A stretch of DNA of 63,271 nt, counting the filler, from Reclinomonas americana ATCC 50394 (lineage: Eukaryota), in assembly GCA_048213135.1 (NCBI GenBank). It is 8 parts of 5 records of this genome, joined end to end, with 100 filler letters (N's around TTAATTAATTAA, not from the genome) between each part and the next. Parts side by side here need not be neighbours in the genome. Positions count along the whole stretch, not along the records: positions 49,683 to 54,782 come from PS015610.1; positions 54,883 to 58,545 come from PS015610.1; positions 58,646 to 60,530 come from PS015612.1; positions 60,631 to 63,271 come from PS015613.1; 4 more parts are not named here. One strand, written 5' to 3'. Below the pieces are notes generated by a model. It had not been told where the DNA came from. It saw only the letters and a program-made list of their open reading frames with translations, and did no database searches. Of the stretch, positions 50,770 to 61,719 are shown one piece after another (the first letter of the stretch is position 1; each line of letters starts with the position of its first letter). Position numbers and translations under genes: made by a program.

Positions 50770-51972
50770 TCACCAACCAGGGGCCCGACGCTGCACCAAC
50801 TCTGCATCCTCCAGCACAAAGCACCGCAGAACGACATCCACCAGGATCCAATCGCGATCATCATCGTCAACAAGGAGCTCATTGATGGCTTGCACAGCCG
50901 AAAGCGCGACTGCAAGCTCCTGCTGGGCGAGCGCACGCGCCGTGGACCACACTCGTATCGTGCGATCTGCGCCTCCACTCACGATATGCTGGCCATCGGG
51001 GGTGATGGCAACAGACGGCACCCAGTCGGTATGTCCCTCCAGTCGTCGCACCTCCTCACCACTCGCCAGTGACCACACTCGCACTGTCCCGTCGGCACCG
51101 CCACTCACGATGAGTTGACCATCGGGAGTGACAGCCACAGACTTCACCAGACTAGTATGCCCCTCCAACCGTCGCACTTCCTCACCACTCGCCAGTGACC
51201 ACACTCGCACAGTCTTGTCGCCACTGCCACTTACAATGTACTGACCATCGGGAGTGACGGTGACAGCATACACTATACCTGTGTGCCCCACGCATCGTCG
51301 CACATCCTCGCCAGTTGCCAGTGACCACAGTCGCACAGTGTTATCAATGCTGTCGCTCACAATTTGAAGAACGTCGGGAGTTACTGCGATCGAGTATGCG
51401 AGCTCGGTGCTAATAGTGTGTCCCTCAAGCCGCCGCACTTCTGCGCCAGTCGCCAGCGGCCACACTCGTATCGTCCAGTCAAAGCCCCCGCTCACCACGT
51501 GTGAACCATCGGGAGTGACGACGACAGACACCACGTATGCCATACCAGTGTGCTCTTCCAATCGGTGTACTTCCTCGCCACTCGTCAATGACCACACACG
51601 CACTGTCTCGTCATCACTGCTGCTTACAATGTGCTCACCATCGGGCGTGACGGCGACCGAGTGCACACCTCTACTGTGTCCTTCCAAGAGTCGCACCTCT
51701 TCACCGCTCGCCAGCAACCACACTCGTATTGTGTTGTCGTAACCGCCGCTCACAATGTGCCGACCGTCGGGAGTGACGGTGACAGAGGTCACAGCAGCAG
51801 AGTGTCCCTTGAAGACCTGCACCTGCTGTGAGACGCACCAGGGACAGACAAGAAGGGTGCCACACGCACACTCACACACGCACCTTCGTGATCATCCTGT
51901 TCTCGCGCGCGTGTGCGTGTGAAAGACAGAGAATGAATTGGGCTCGCATTGTCTTCTCACATCTCGCGCCAT
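50770..51972 (-). CDS. WD40 array copy A: 12-nt first exon (MARD), 7 WD40 repeats, conserved tail
   Basis: Seven repeats of about 42 aa, then STARALAQQEL...RAPGW*. Confidence 0.92.
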
Positions 51973-52199
51973 TTCTCTCCCCTGCCCGAGCTGCAGCCAC
52001 GTTAACTGCCGCACACGTTCATACGTGGACGTGAATGTAGATGAGTGCATTTTGGCAGGCTGACACGACATCTATCGTCTCGGAGCAATGAAACATTGAC
52101 TCAAGCAATCACTTTACATCACACTCGCTTGACTCAACTGACGCTGGGGGCGCGCAGCCTTCGCGTGGTACGAGGGCCAGCAACAGACGACACCTTCTA

Positions 52200-53426
52200 T
52201 TATGCTTCACGCCACCCAGGGGCCCGACGCTGTACCAACTCTGCATCCTCCAGCACAAAACACCGCAGAACGACATCAACCAAGATCCAGTCGAGATCAT
52301 TGTAAACGAGCAGCTCATTGATGGCCTGCACGGCCGAACGCGCGGCCGCAAGCTCCTGCCACGCCAGTCCACGCTCTGTGGACCACACTCGTATCGTGCG
52401 ATCTGCGCCTCCACTCACGATATGCTGACCATCGGGGGTGATGGCAGCAGACGGCACCCACTTGGTGTGTCCTTCCAGTCGTCGCACCTCCTCACCACTC
52501 GCCAGTGACCACACCCGCACTGTCTTGTCATGACCACCACTCACAACAAATTGACCGTCAGGTGTGACGGCGACAGACTGTACCTCATTAGCATGACCCT
52601 CCAGCCGTCGCTCCTCCTCACCGGTGGCCAGTGACCACACTCGCACCGTTTCGTCGTCACCGCCGCTCACAATTTGTTTACCATTGGCAGTGACGGCGAC
52701 AGACAACACATTTCCAGCGTGTCCCTCATATCGTCGCACTTCCTCGCCAGTTATCAGTGACCACAGTCGCACGATCCCGTCGTCACCCCCACTGACAACG
52801 TGCTGACCGTCGGGGGTGACGGCGACCGCGAACACGGCGTCAGTGTGTCCTTCAAGACGTCGCACCTCCTCGCCACTCGCCAGTGACCACACTCGTATTG
52901 TCTTGTCATAGCCCCCGCTCACCGCGTGTGAACTATCGGGAGTGACAGCGACACAGAACACCAATTCATAGTGTCCCTCCAACACATGCACTTCCTCGCC
53001 AGTTGCCAGTGACCACACTCGCACAGTTCCGTCATCACCGCCACCCAGCACGTGCTGACCGTCGGGAGTGACAGCGACCGCGCTCACACTTCCAGTGTGT
53101 CCTTCCAGCCGCCGTGATTCCTCGCCACTTGTCAGAGACCACAATCGTACTGTGTCGTCGTAACTGCCGCTGATTATGTGCTGACCATCGGGAGTGACGG
53201 CGACAGACAACACCCAAGAAGTGTGCCCCTTCAGAATCTGCGCCCGTGCACTTGCGGTGAGATGCACCGAGAGCAGGCAACAAGGCGCCACCAGCACACT
53301 CACACACGCACGCACCTTCGTGATCATCCTGTTCTCTCTCTCGCGCGCGCGCGTGTGTGTGTGTGTGTGTGTTTGAAAGACAGAGAGAGCATCAGACTCG
53401 CATTGTCTCCTCACATCTCGCGCCAT
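52200..53426 (-). CDS. WD40 array copy B (complete, 7 repeats plus tail)
   Basis: Same structure as copy A; intron after MARD. Confidence 0.92.
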   Translation of the reverse strand: MARDVRRQCESDALSVFQTHTHTHTRARERENRMITKVRACVSVLVAPCCLLSVHLTASARAQILKGHTSWVLSVAVTPDGQHIISGSYDDTVRLWSLTSGEESRRLEGHTGSVSAVAVTPDGQHVLGGGDDGTVRVWSLATGEEVHVLEGHYELVFCVAVTPDSSHAVSGGYDKTIRVWSLASGEEVRRLEGHTDAVFAVAVTPDGQHVVSGGDDGIVRLWSLITGEEVRRYEGHAGNVLSVAVTANGKQIVSGGDDETVRVWSLATGEEERRLEGHANEVQSVAVTPDGQFVVSGGHDKTVRVWSLASGEEVRRLEGHTKWVPSAAITPDGQHIVSGGADRTIRVWSTERGLAWQELAAARSAVQAINELLVYNDLDWILVDVVLRCFVLEDAELVQRRAPGWREA

Positions 53427-53652
53427 TTTCTTTCGCCATGCAAGCTTGCAGCCACGTCAACTGCCGCACGCGTTCATAAGTGGACGTGAAGGCGAATCTT
53501 TGCAGGCTGACACGACAACGATCGTCTCGGAACATTGGCATGCAATTGGTCGGGCGAGGGTGGCACCTCACTTCACGTTCATCGGCACTTCATTCAGTCC
53601 ACCGCGGGTGCGTAGCCTTCGTGTGGTATGCGATCGATAACAACGGACAGTC

Positions 53653-54681
53653 TTACCAACCAGGGGCACGACGCTGCACCACCTCTGCATCCTCCAACAC
53701 AAAACACCGCAGTACGACGTCGACCAGGATCCAGTCGCGATCATCGTCAACAAGCAGCTCATTGATGGCCTGCATGGCCGACCGCGCGACTGCAAGCTCC
53801 TGTCCGGCAAGTGCACGCGCCGTGGACCACACTCGTATCGTGCGATCTCTGCCTCCACTCACAATGTGCTGACCATCGGGAGTGACGACTACAGAATGCA
53901 CCGCAGAAGTGTGCCCCTCCAGTCGTCGCACCTCTTCGCCACTCGCCAGTGACCACACTCGCACTGTCTTGTCATCACCACCACTCACAACACATTGACC
54001 ATCGGGTGTGATTGCCACACACTGCACCTCTCCAGTGTCTCCTTCCAGCAGTCGCTCCTCCTCACCACTCGCAAGTGACCAAACTCGCACCGTTTCGTCG
54101 TCACCGCCGCTCACAATGTGTTTACCATTGGCAGTGACGGCGACAAACAACACATTTCCAGCGTGTCCCTCATATCGTCGCACTTCCTCGCCATTTATCA
54201 GTGACCACAGTCGCACGATCCCGTCGTCACCCCCACTGACAGCGTGCAGACCGTCGGGGGTGACGGCAACAGACCACACCGTGTAAGTGTGCCCTTCCAG
54301 AAGTAGAGCCTCCTCACCAGTCGCCAGTGACCACACTCGCATTGTCTTGTCATAGCCCCCGCTCACCACGTGCGAACTATCGGGAGTGACAGCGACACAG
54401 AACACCAACCCATCGTGTCCTTCCAACACATGCACTTCCTCGCCAGTCGCCAGTGACCACACTCGCACAGTTCTGTCATCACTGCCGCTCACAATGTGCT
54501 CACCGTCGGGAGTGACAGCGACCGAGTTCACACCTCCAGTGTGTCCTTCCAAGAGTCGCACTTCCGCGCCACTCGTCAGAGACCACACACGCACTGTGTT
54601 GTCGTTGCTGCCACTGACGATGTGCAGGTCATCGGGGGAGACGGCGACAGAGTTCACTGCAGCCGTGTGTCCCTTGAAGAT
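53653..54681 (-). CDS. WD40 array copy C (7 repeats plus tail; first exon lost at linker)
   Basis: Acceptor cag|atc at 54681; seven repeats. Confidence 0.9.
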   Translation of the reverse strand: MFKGHTAAVNSVAVSPDDLHIVSGSNDNTVRVWSLTSGAEVRLLEGHTGGVNSVAVTPDGEHIVSGSDDRTVRVWSLATGEEVHVLEGHDGLVFCVAVTPDSSHVVSGGYDKTMRVWSLATGEEALLLEGHTYTVWSVAVTPDGLHAVSGGDDGIVRLWSLINGEEVRRYEGHAGNVLFVAVTANGKHIVSGGDDETVRVWSLASGEEERLLEGDTGEVQCVAITPDGQCVVSGGDDKTVRVWSLASGEEVRRLEGHTSAVHSVVVTPDGQHIVSGGRDRTIRVWSTARALAGQELAVARSAMQAINELLVDDDRDWILVDVVLRCFVLEDAEVVQRRAPGW

Positions 54682-54882
54682 CTGCGCCGCCCGCCAGCGG
54701 TGAGATAAAAAGGGTGACACACACACACACGCACGCACGCACGCACCTCCGAAAGCATTGATCACGCGTGTGTGAATGTGGANNNNNNNNNNNNNNNNNN
54801 NNNNNNNNNNNNNNNNNNNNNNNNNNTTAATTAATTAANNNNNNNNNNNNNNNNNNNNNNNNNNNNNNNNNNNNNNNNNNNN

Positions 54883-55218
54883 GCGGACAAGTCTGTGCGA
54901 GTATGGTCGCTGGCGAGTGGAGATGAAGTGCGACGACTGGAAGGACACACTTCATGGGTGTCGTCTGTTGTTGTTACTCCTGATGGCCAGCACATTGCAA
55001 GTGGAGGCGGAGATTGCACGATACGAATGTGGTCCACGGCACGTGCGCTTGCCGGGCAGGAGCTTGCAGCCGCGCGCTCGGCTGTGCAGGCCACCAATGA
55101 GCTGCTTGTTGAAGAGGATGATCGCGATTGGATCCTTGTGGATGTCGTTCTGCGGTGTTTCGTGCTAGAGGACGCAGAGGTGGTGCAGCGTCAGGCCCCT
55201 GGGTGGCGTGCAGCATGA
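54883..55218 (+). CDS. WD40 array copy D, 3' fragment
   Basis: Last repeat plus tail, followed by the family spacer and the next MARG start near 55433. Confidence 0.85.
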   Translation, partial: ADKSVRVWSLASGDEVRRLEGHTSWVSSVVVTPDGQHIASGGGDCTIRMWSTARALAGQELAAARSAVQATNELLVEEDDRDWILVDVVLRCFVLEDAEVVQRQAPGWRAA

Positions 55219-56121
55219 TAGAAGGTGTCGCCTGTTGCTGGCCTCCGCGCCACACGAAGGCTGCGCGCCCCCAGCGTCAGTTGCATCAAGCGAGTGTGAA
55301 GTGAAGTGTGAATTTCTTGAATCAGTGTTTCACAAGCGTCGTTGTGCCAACCGGCACATCACCCAACCTCCGCAGCCACGTACGATCAGGTGCTGGATGT
55401 CAAAGCGGCTGCAGCTCGGGCAGGGGAGAGAAATGGCGCGAGGTGNNNNNNNNNNNNNNNNNNNNNNNNNNNNNNNNNNNNNNNNNNNNNNNNNNNNNNN
55501 NNNNNNNNNNNNNNNNNNNNNNNNNNNNNNNNNNNNNNNNNNNNNNNNNNNNNNNNNNNNNNNNNNNNNNNNNNNNNNNNNNNNNNNNNNNNNNNNNNNN
55601 NNNNNNNNNNNNNNNNNNNNNNNNNNNNNNNNNNNNNNNNNNNNNNNNNNNNNNNNNNNNNNNNNNNNNNNNNNNNNNNNNNNNNNNNNNNNNNNNNNNN
55701 NNNNNNNNNNNNNNNNNNNNNNNNNNNNNNNNNNNNNNNNNNNNNNNNNNNNNNNNNNNNNNNNNNNNNNNNNNNNNNNNNNNNNNNNNNNNNNNNNNNN
55801 NNNNNNNNNNNNNNNNNNNNNNNNNNNNNNNNNNNNNNNNNNNNNNNNNNNNNNNNNNNNNNNNNNNNNNNNNNNNNNNNNNNNNNNNNNNNNNNNNNNN
55901 NNNNNNNNNNNNNNNNNNNNNNNNNNNNNNNNNNNNNNNNNNNNNNNNNNNNNNNNNNNNNNNNNNNNNNNNNNNNNNNNNNNNNNNNNNNNNNNNNNNN
56001 NNNNNNNNNNNNNNNNNNNNNNNNNNNNNNNNNNNNNNNNNNNNNNNNNNNNNNNNNNNNNNNNNNNNNNNNNNNNNNNNNNNNNNNNNNNNNNNNNNNN
56101 NNNNNNNNNNNNNNNNNNNNN

Positions 56122-56280
56122 NGAGTTCACACCTCCAGTGTGTCCTTCCAAGAGTCGCACTTCCGCGCCACTCGTCAGAGACCACACACGCATTGTGTAG
56201 TCGTTGCTGCCACTGACGATGTGCAGGTCATCGGGAGAGATGGCGACAGAGTTCACTGCAGCTGTGTGTCCCTTGAAGAT
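56122..56280 (-). CDS. WD40 array copy E, 5' fragment nearly identical to the start of copy C
   Basis: IFKGHTAAVNSVAISPDDLHIVSGSNDY; flanked by gaps, so possibly an allele or assembly duplicate. Confidence 0.65.
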
Positions 56281-56649
56281 CTGCGCCGCCCGCCAGCGGT
56301 GAGATAAAAAGGGTGACACACACACACACACACACACGCACGCACGCACGCACGCACCTCCGAAAGCATTGATCGCGCGTGTGTGAATGTGTGTGTTATG
56401 TCGGGAAATGTTTTGCTCGCGATCCTNNNNNNNNNNNNNNNNNNNNNNNNNNNNNNNNNNNNNNNNNNNNNNNNNNNNNNNNNNNNNNNNNNNNNNNNNN
56501 NNNNNNNNNNNNNNNNNNNNNNNNNNNNNNNNNNNNNNNNNNNNNNNNNNNNNNNNNNNNNNNNNNNNNNNNNNNNNNNNNNNNNNNNNNNNNNNNNNNN
56601 NNNNNNNNNNNNNNNNNNNNNNNNNNNNNNNNNNNNNNNNNNNNNNNNN

Positions 56650-57529
56650 GGTCGCTGTCACTCCCGACGGTGAGCACATTGTGAGCGGCGGTGATGACGA
56701 GACAGTGCGAGTGTGGTCATTGGCGAGCGGCGAGGAAGTGCGACGGTTGGAGGGACACGATGGATTGGTGTTCTGTGTCGCCGTCACTCCCGATAGTTCA
56801 CACGCAGTGAGCGGAAGCTCTGACAAGACAATACGATTGTGGTCACTGGCGACTGGCGAGGAGGTGCGACGTCTTGAGGGGCACACTGTCACCGTGTTCT
56901 CAGTCGCCGTCACCCCTGACGGTCAGCACGTTGTCAGTGGGGGTCGGGACGAGACCGTGCGACTGTGGTCGCTTGCCACTGGCGAGGAGGTGCGACGGCT
57001 TGAGGGACACGCGGGAACCGTGTTGTGTGTCACCGTCACTCTCGATGGTCAGCACATTGTGAGTGGGGGCGTGGACATGACGATTCGGTTGTGGTCTCTG
57101 GCCACCGGTGAGGAGGAGCGACTGCTGGAAGGAGACACTGGAGAGTTGCAGTGTGTGGCAATCACACCCGATGGTCATTTTGTCGTGAGTGGAAGTGATG
57201 ACAAGACAGTGCGGGTGTGGTCACTTGCCGACGGCGCGGAGGTGCGACGACTGGAGGGACACACTGCCTGGGTGTCATCTGTTGTTGTTATTCCCAATGG
57301 CCAGCGCATTGTGAGTGGAGACGGAGATGGCACGATACGAGTGTGGTCCACGGCGCGTGCGCTCGCCCAGCAGGAGCTTGTAGTCGCGCGTTCGGCCGTG
57401 CAGGCCATCAACGAGCTCCTTGTTGACGATGATCGCGATTGGATCCTGGTGGACGTCGTGCTGCGGTGTTTCGTGCTGGAGGATGCAGAGGTGGTGCAGC
57501 GTCGGGCCCCTGGGTGGCGTGAAACATAA
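56650..57529 (+). CDS. WD40 array copy F (5'-truncated by gap; about 6 repeats plus tail)
   Basis: Open frame to RAPGWRET*. Confidence 0.9.
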
Positions 57530-57771
57530 TAGAAGGTGTCGCCTGTTGCTGGCCTCCGCGCCACGCGAAGGCTGCGCGCCCCCAGCGTCAGTTGAGTCAA
57601 GCGAGTGTGAATTCGAAGTGAAGTGTCAATTTCTTGAATCAGTGTCACAAGCGTCGTTGTCACAACCGGTACATCACCCAACCTCCGCAACCACGTACGA
57701 TCAGGTGCAGAATGTCAAAGCGGCTGCAGCTCGGGCAGGGGAGAGAAATGGCGCGAGGTGAGAATCGCGAG

Positions 57772-58000
57772 CGACGGCGACAGACAACACCCAAGAAATG
57801 TGCCCCTTCAGTATCTGCGCCCGTGCACTTGCGGTGAGATGCACCGAGAGTAGGCAACAAGGCGCCACCAGCACACACACACACGCACGCACCTTTGTGA
57901 TCATCCTGTTCTCGCGCGCATGTGCGTGTGCTATGCGTGTGTGTGAAAGACAGTGAATTACAGTACTCGCTGCGCATTGTCTCCTCACATCTCGCGCCAT
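57772..58000 (-). pseudogene. WD40 array copy G, truncated after about 14 codons of repeat 1 at an inversion junction
   Basis: MARD exon, intron and ILKGHISWVLSVAV run directly into the reverse complement of another copy's start. Confidence 0.75.
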
Positions 58001-58212
58001 TTCTCTCCCCTGCCCGAGCTGCAGCCGCTTTCACTTCCTGCACCTGATCTTGGTGACGTGCCCTTGGCACAACGACGCTTGTCTCGGAACAATGAAATAC
58101 TGACTCAAGAAATTGACACTTCACTTCGAATTCACACTCGCTTGACTCAACTGACGCTGGGGGCGCGCAGCCTTCGTGTGGCGCGGGGGCCAGCAACAGA
58201 CGGCACCTTCTA

Positions 58213-58545
58213 TCATGCTTCACGCCACCCATGGGCCCGACGCTGCACCACCTCTGCATCCTCCAACACAAAACACCGCAGCACGACGTCGACCAGGATC
58301 CAGTCGCGATCATCGTCAACAAGGAGCTCGTTGATGGCCTGCACGGCCGAACGTGCTGTCGCGAGCTCCTGTTGGGCGAGCGCACGCGCCGTGGACCACA
58401 CTCGTATCATGCCATCTCCGTCTCCACTCACGATATGCTGGCCATCGGGGGACAAAGCGACAGAATGCACCGCAGAAGTGTGCCCCTCCAGTCGTCGCAC
58501 CTCTTCGCCACTCGCCAGTGACCACACTCGCACTGTCTTGTCCGA
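58213..58545 (-). CDS. WD40 array copy H, 3' fragment
   Basis: Last repeat plus tail ending RAHGWREA*. Confidence 0.85.
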   Translation of the reverse strand, partial: SDKTVRVWSLASGEEVRRLEGHTSAVHSVALSPDGQHIVSGDGDGMIRVWSTARALAQQELATARSAVQAINELLVDDDRDWILVDVVLRCFVLEDAEVVQRRAHGWREA

Positions 58546-58825
58546 NNNNNNNNNNNNNNNNNNNNNNNNNNNNNNNNNNNNNNNNNNNNTTAATTAATTA
58601 ANNNNNNNNNNNNNNNNNNNNNNNNNNNNNNNNNNNNNNNNNNNNGGGGGAAGGGAAGGGAATGCAAGGGAGAGGGAAGGAGATGGAAGGAGATGGAAGG
58701 AGAGGGAAGGAGAGGGGGAGCGAGCAAGGAAGGGAGAAGGGAGACAGAAGATAGGAAGGGAGAAGGGAGGGAGACGAGAGTGAGCCAATTCGTCAACAGA
58801 TTGCTAGTAACGGTGAGAACGCAAC

Positions 58826-60475
58826 GAGCAATGTCGATGGTGGTCACCAAGCCGTAGGCCTGCGACGGAGCCGGGGCCAGGTTGGTGCCGCTCCAGCGTC
58901 CACACACTGCAGACACGTAAAATTAACAACATGTATGTGAGAAAGAGAGAGTGCGGTGGACAAGTCGCAACGATCATAGCGGCTGGGGCGAGCCAAAATC
59001 GTCGGGTTGACGGCGGCGTCCTCCGTGTCCACTGTCAGCGTGTAGGTGCCGGCGCTGAATGAGATGCCCGTGATGGTCACCGCTGTGTTGGCCACGCCGT
59101 CGGTGCAAGCCTCGGTCTGCGCCGGGTCGACCATGATGAATGCCAGTGCGTCACTCAGAGAGCCGCCATTGTTGGCGACCGGCATGGTCAGCGTCTGGCC
59201 GACACTGGCCGTGCGGAGAACAGAAGTGGGGCGTGTGGCCAGGGCTGCCGATAAGGAGAAGAATATCAAACCACCGCAGTCAGGCACAGGCACAGACACA
59301 AGCACAGGCACAGGCATAGACACAAGCACAGGCACAGCTCACACAGTCACTCACTCGCACTCTCATTCTCTCTCTCTCACACACACACTCTCTCTCTATC
59401 TATCTTTCTTTGCCGCTCTCTCCGCCTTGTCAACCAAACTCACCAAGGAACACCTGGCTGAACTGCGCAAAGGTGCCGCCCGCAGAGCCCGTCAAAGACA
59501 CGCACAGGTAGCCACTGGTGGCAGAGGCCTGTCCACTGGTGTCGAACGTGAGATCAATCGTCGTGGCCGGACCTGTGCCCGAGGTCGGGAACGTGTGCGT
59601 GACGGTGACACTCAAGTTGCCAGTGCAGTCTGAGTTTTGGTAGACGCGGTAGGCCGTCGTGGCGTACACCGCGTCGCCGGCCAGCGGGTAGCTGCCGCCG
59701 GTGAGTTTGACGGCGTGAACGGTGGAGGCGGCCCACAGGCGGATGGGAGAGGGAGTTTGAACAGTAGCTGCACGAAGGGAAGGAAGGGGGAAGGGGTGAG
59801 AAGGGGAAAGGGGATAAAAGGGGAGAACGAGGGAAAGGGAAAAGGGGGAATGTAATGAGAGATCTGGTACTTTGATACAAGTGTGTGCGTGTGTACGTGT
59901 GTTCACCGCTTCTCAGACTTACGTGGTTTGTATCACATACGCTCTCTTTACCTCTGTTCTCATGCTCTCTCTCTCTCTCACACTCTCTCTAATCTCTCTG
60001 TTCTCACCTCGTTTTTCTTAGTAGGCTCTATTCTCTCTCTCTCTCTTTTTCTCTTTCTCTCTCTATCCTGCCCTCCCTTTCCCTCTCACTGTGTGTTCAC
60101 GGACGACGCAACGGTGCACCAAAACCGTGCCGATCCATGCGTACGATCCGCTGGAGTGCCAGCGAGCGCACACTTGATACGTGCCCGGGGCGGCGGCGAC
60201 TGAGCTGTTGCCCAGCGCATCGGCCACAAAGTTGACCTGTGCCGATGTGCTGCCGGAGCCGAGCGAGACGCTGGTGTTGGGGAGGGTGGTGGCCGCCGTG
60301 CACGGAGTGGAGGTCGGCTCGGCGGCGACAAACACCGCGCCGGCATCGGAGGCCGGTGTGCGCAAATCCGTGCCAATGAGCGAGAGCGGCGAGTTCTGCA
60401 CACCGCCAGGCAACAGCGCCGGCGACGTTGGCTGCGCGGGACTCGGCACCTCCGGCAGAATGTTGCTCACGGAGG
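58826..60475 (-). CDS. Internal fragment of a secreted or surface protein with repeated beta-rich modules; exons 60475-60113, 59767-59444, 59244-58972, 58906-58826
   Basis: Ser/Thr/Gly-rich modules, each with two Cys and a GTYQVCARW / GYLCVSL / RYDLCGRW motif; all junctions are phase 1. Confidence 0.7.
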
Positions 60476-60677
60476 CTGCGAAACGGGAGGTGAGACTCAC
60501 AATCCACAATCGACAATCCACACACACACANNNNNNNNNNNNNNNNNNNNNNNNNNNNNNNNNNNNNNNNNNNNTTAATTAATTAANNNNNNNNNNNNNN
60601 NNNNNNNNNNNNNNNNNNNNNNNNNNNNNNTTTCTCGACGCCCATTCTTCATTTCCCTCTTTTTCACAATATCAATG

Positions 60678-61620
60678 TCAGTGCTTGCCGGGTTGATGTT
60701 CGCCCTCGTGTGTCCGTCGCTCGAACGATGGGCGCGTCTGGACGACCCGGTGCATGTGGTGCTTGTGCACACGGCCAGGTATGTCAGGCGTTTCCTGTTG
60801 GCATTTCAGCAAATCACTGAAAGCGGTGAGATGTAGCGGTGCGTGGGGACTGTTCGCTGTCGGACTGTTTGCCAACCGGAGCGCCGTGGCTGAGACGTAC
60901 CACACCGCAGTGACCTCGCAGTATGGGTTACTGTTGGGGGTGAGTGACGACTTGCATTGTACCAGATATTTCAGTTTCCTTTATTCCTCCTGGTGTCATC
61001 ATGGGCAGGGCGGCATTGAGCAACTCGGCGTGCAAACGCTCGGCATTATGCTGGTGATTGTGTGGGCCATCGTCATTGTTCTTGCCGTGTTTTGGCCGTT
61101 GAGCGCCACCCTCGGCATTCGCCTGCCGATACCGCGACCCGTCAGCGACGCGCTGCTCACTCTGACCACCACGCACGTGGTCATGGACGACCCCACGCCC
61201 TCTTCCGGTGCGTTTCTCGTCGCAATCTCGAACATGTTCGTCTGCCCCTTATCTTGCTGCTGGCAGGCCTCACGGTACCGTCGCGCAACCTGCGCATCGT
61301 CCTGTCACCACCGGCACAGCGTGGCGGCAGCTCGGCAGCTCTCCTCTCACCGCCCCATGCAGTCGGCGACACGCCCGTGGCGCAGGATTACGACTTGTAT
61401 CGACGATCGCCGGGCGACACGGTCGACATTCAGGGTTTGTCGACCAGCAGATGTGTGTGTGTGTGTGTCATCGTGGCATCCTTCTCACCGCACCCTGGCT
61501 GCAGATCCCGTGGCTGGCTTGGATGCACAAATCGCACACGCGGTCGACGTGGCGCTGGAACAGGTGCATTTGCGCCGGCGATGGCGTGCCGAGGCTCCCG
61601 ACGCGCCTCCGCGATGGTGA
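60678..61620 (+). CDS. AMT: Ammonium transporter (Amt/Mep family), C-terminal part with several introns
   Basis: RLDDPVHVVLVH, GAWGLFAVGLFA, YGLLLG-GGIEQLGVQ and LGIRL match Amt helices 9-11. Confidence 0.85.
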
Positions 61621-61719
61621 GAAAATGAACGTCCCCGATGTATTATCCTATTGAAGTCACACTCCCTCGCGCGCGCGCGATTACACTGTCGCCTAAAGTA
61701 GAGTAGAGTAGGAGGAGCT

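Larger units (their letters stand above)
9909..60586. other. Seven artificial contig-joining linkers (N-TTAATTAATTAA-N) at 9909, 19079, 23103, 49627, 54827, 58590 and 60575
   Basis: An identical 12-mer with stops in all six frames, each embedded in N runs of similar length. Confidence 0.97.

Noticed and set aside
49909..51972. Cfd1-Cia1 (WD40) fusion or functional linkage
   Set aside because: The genes are convergent with separate stops, and the WD40 copies are a repetitive family rather than Cia1-like.
56122..56426. Copy E as independent evidence of inversion
   Set aside because: A short contig flanked by gaps and nearly identical to the start of copy C; its orientation and placement are unreliable.
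9909..60586. Recurrent TTAATTAATTAA as a biological motif
   Set aside because: Always centred in N runs and carrying six-frame stops, so it is an assembly linker. Gene adjacency across these points is unproven.
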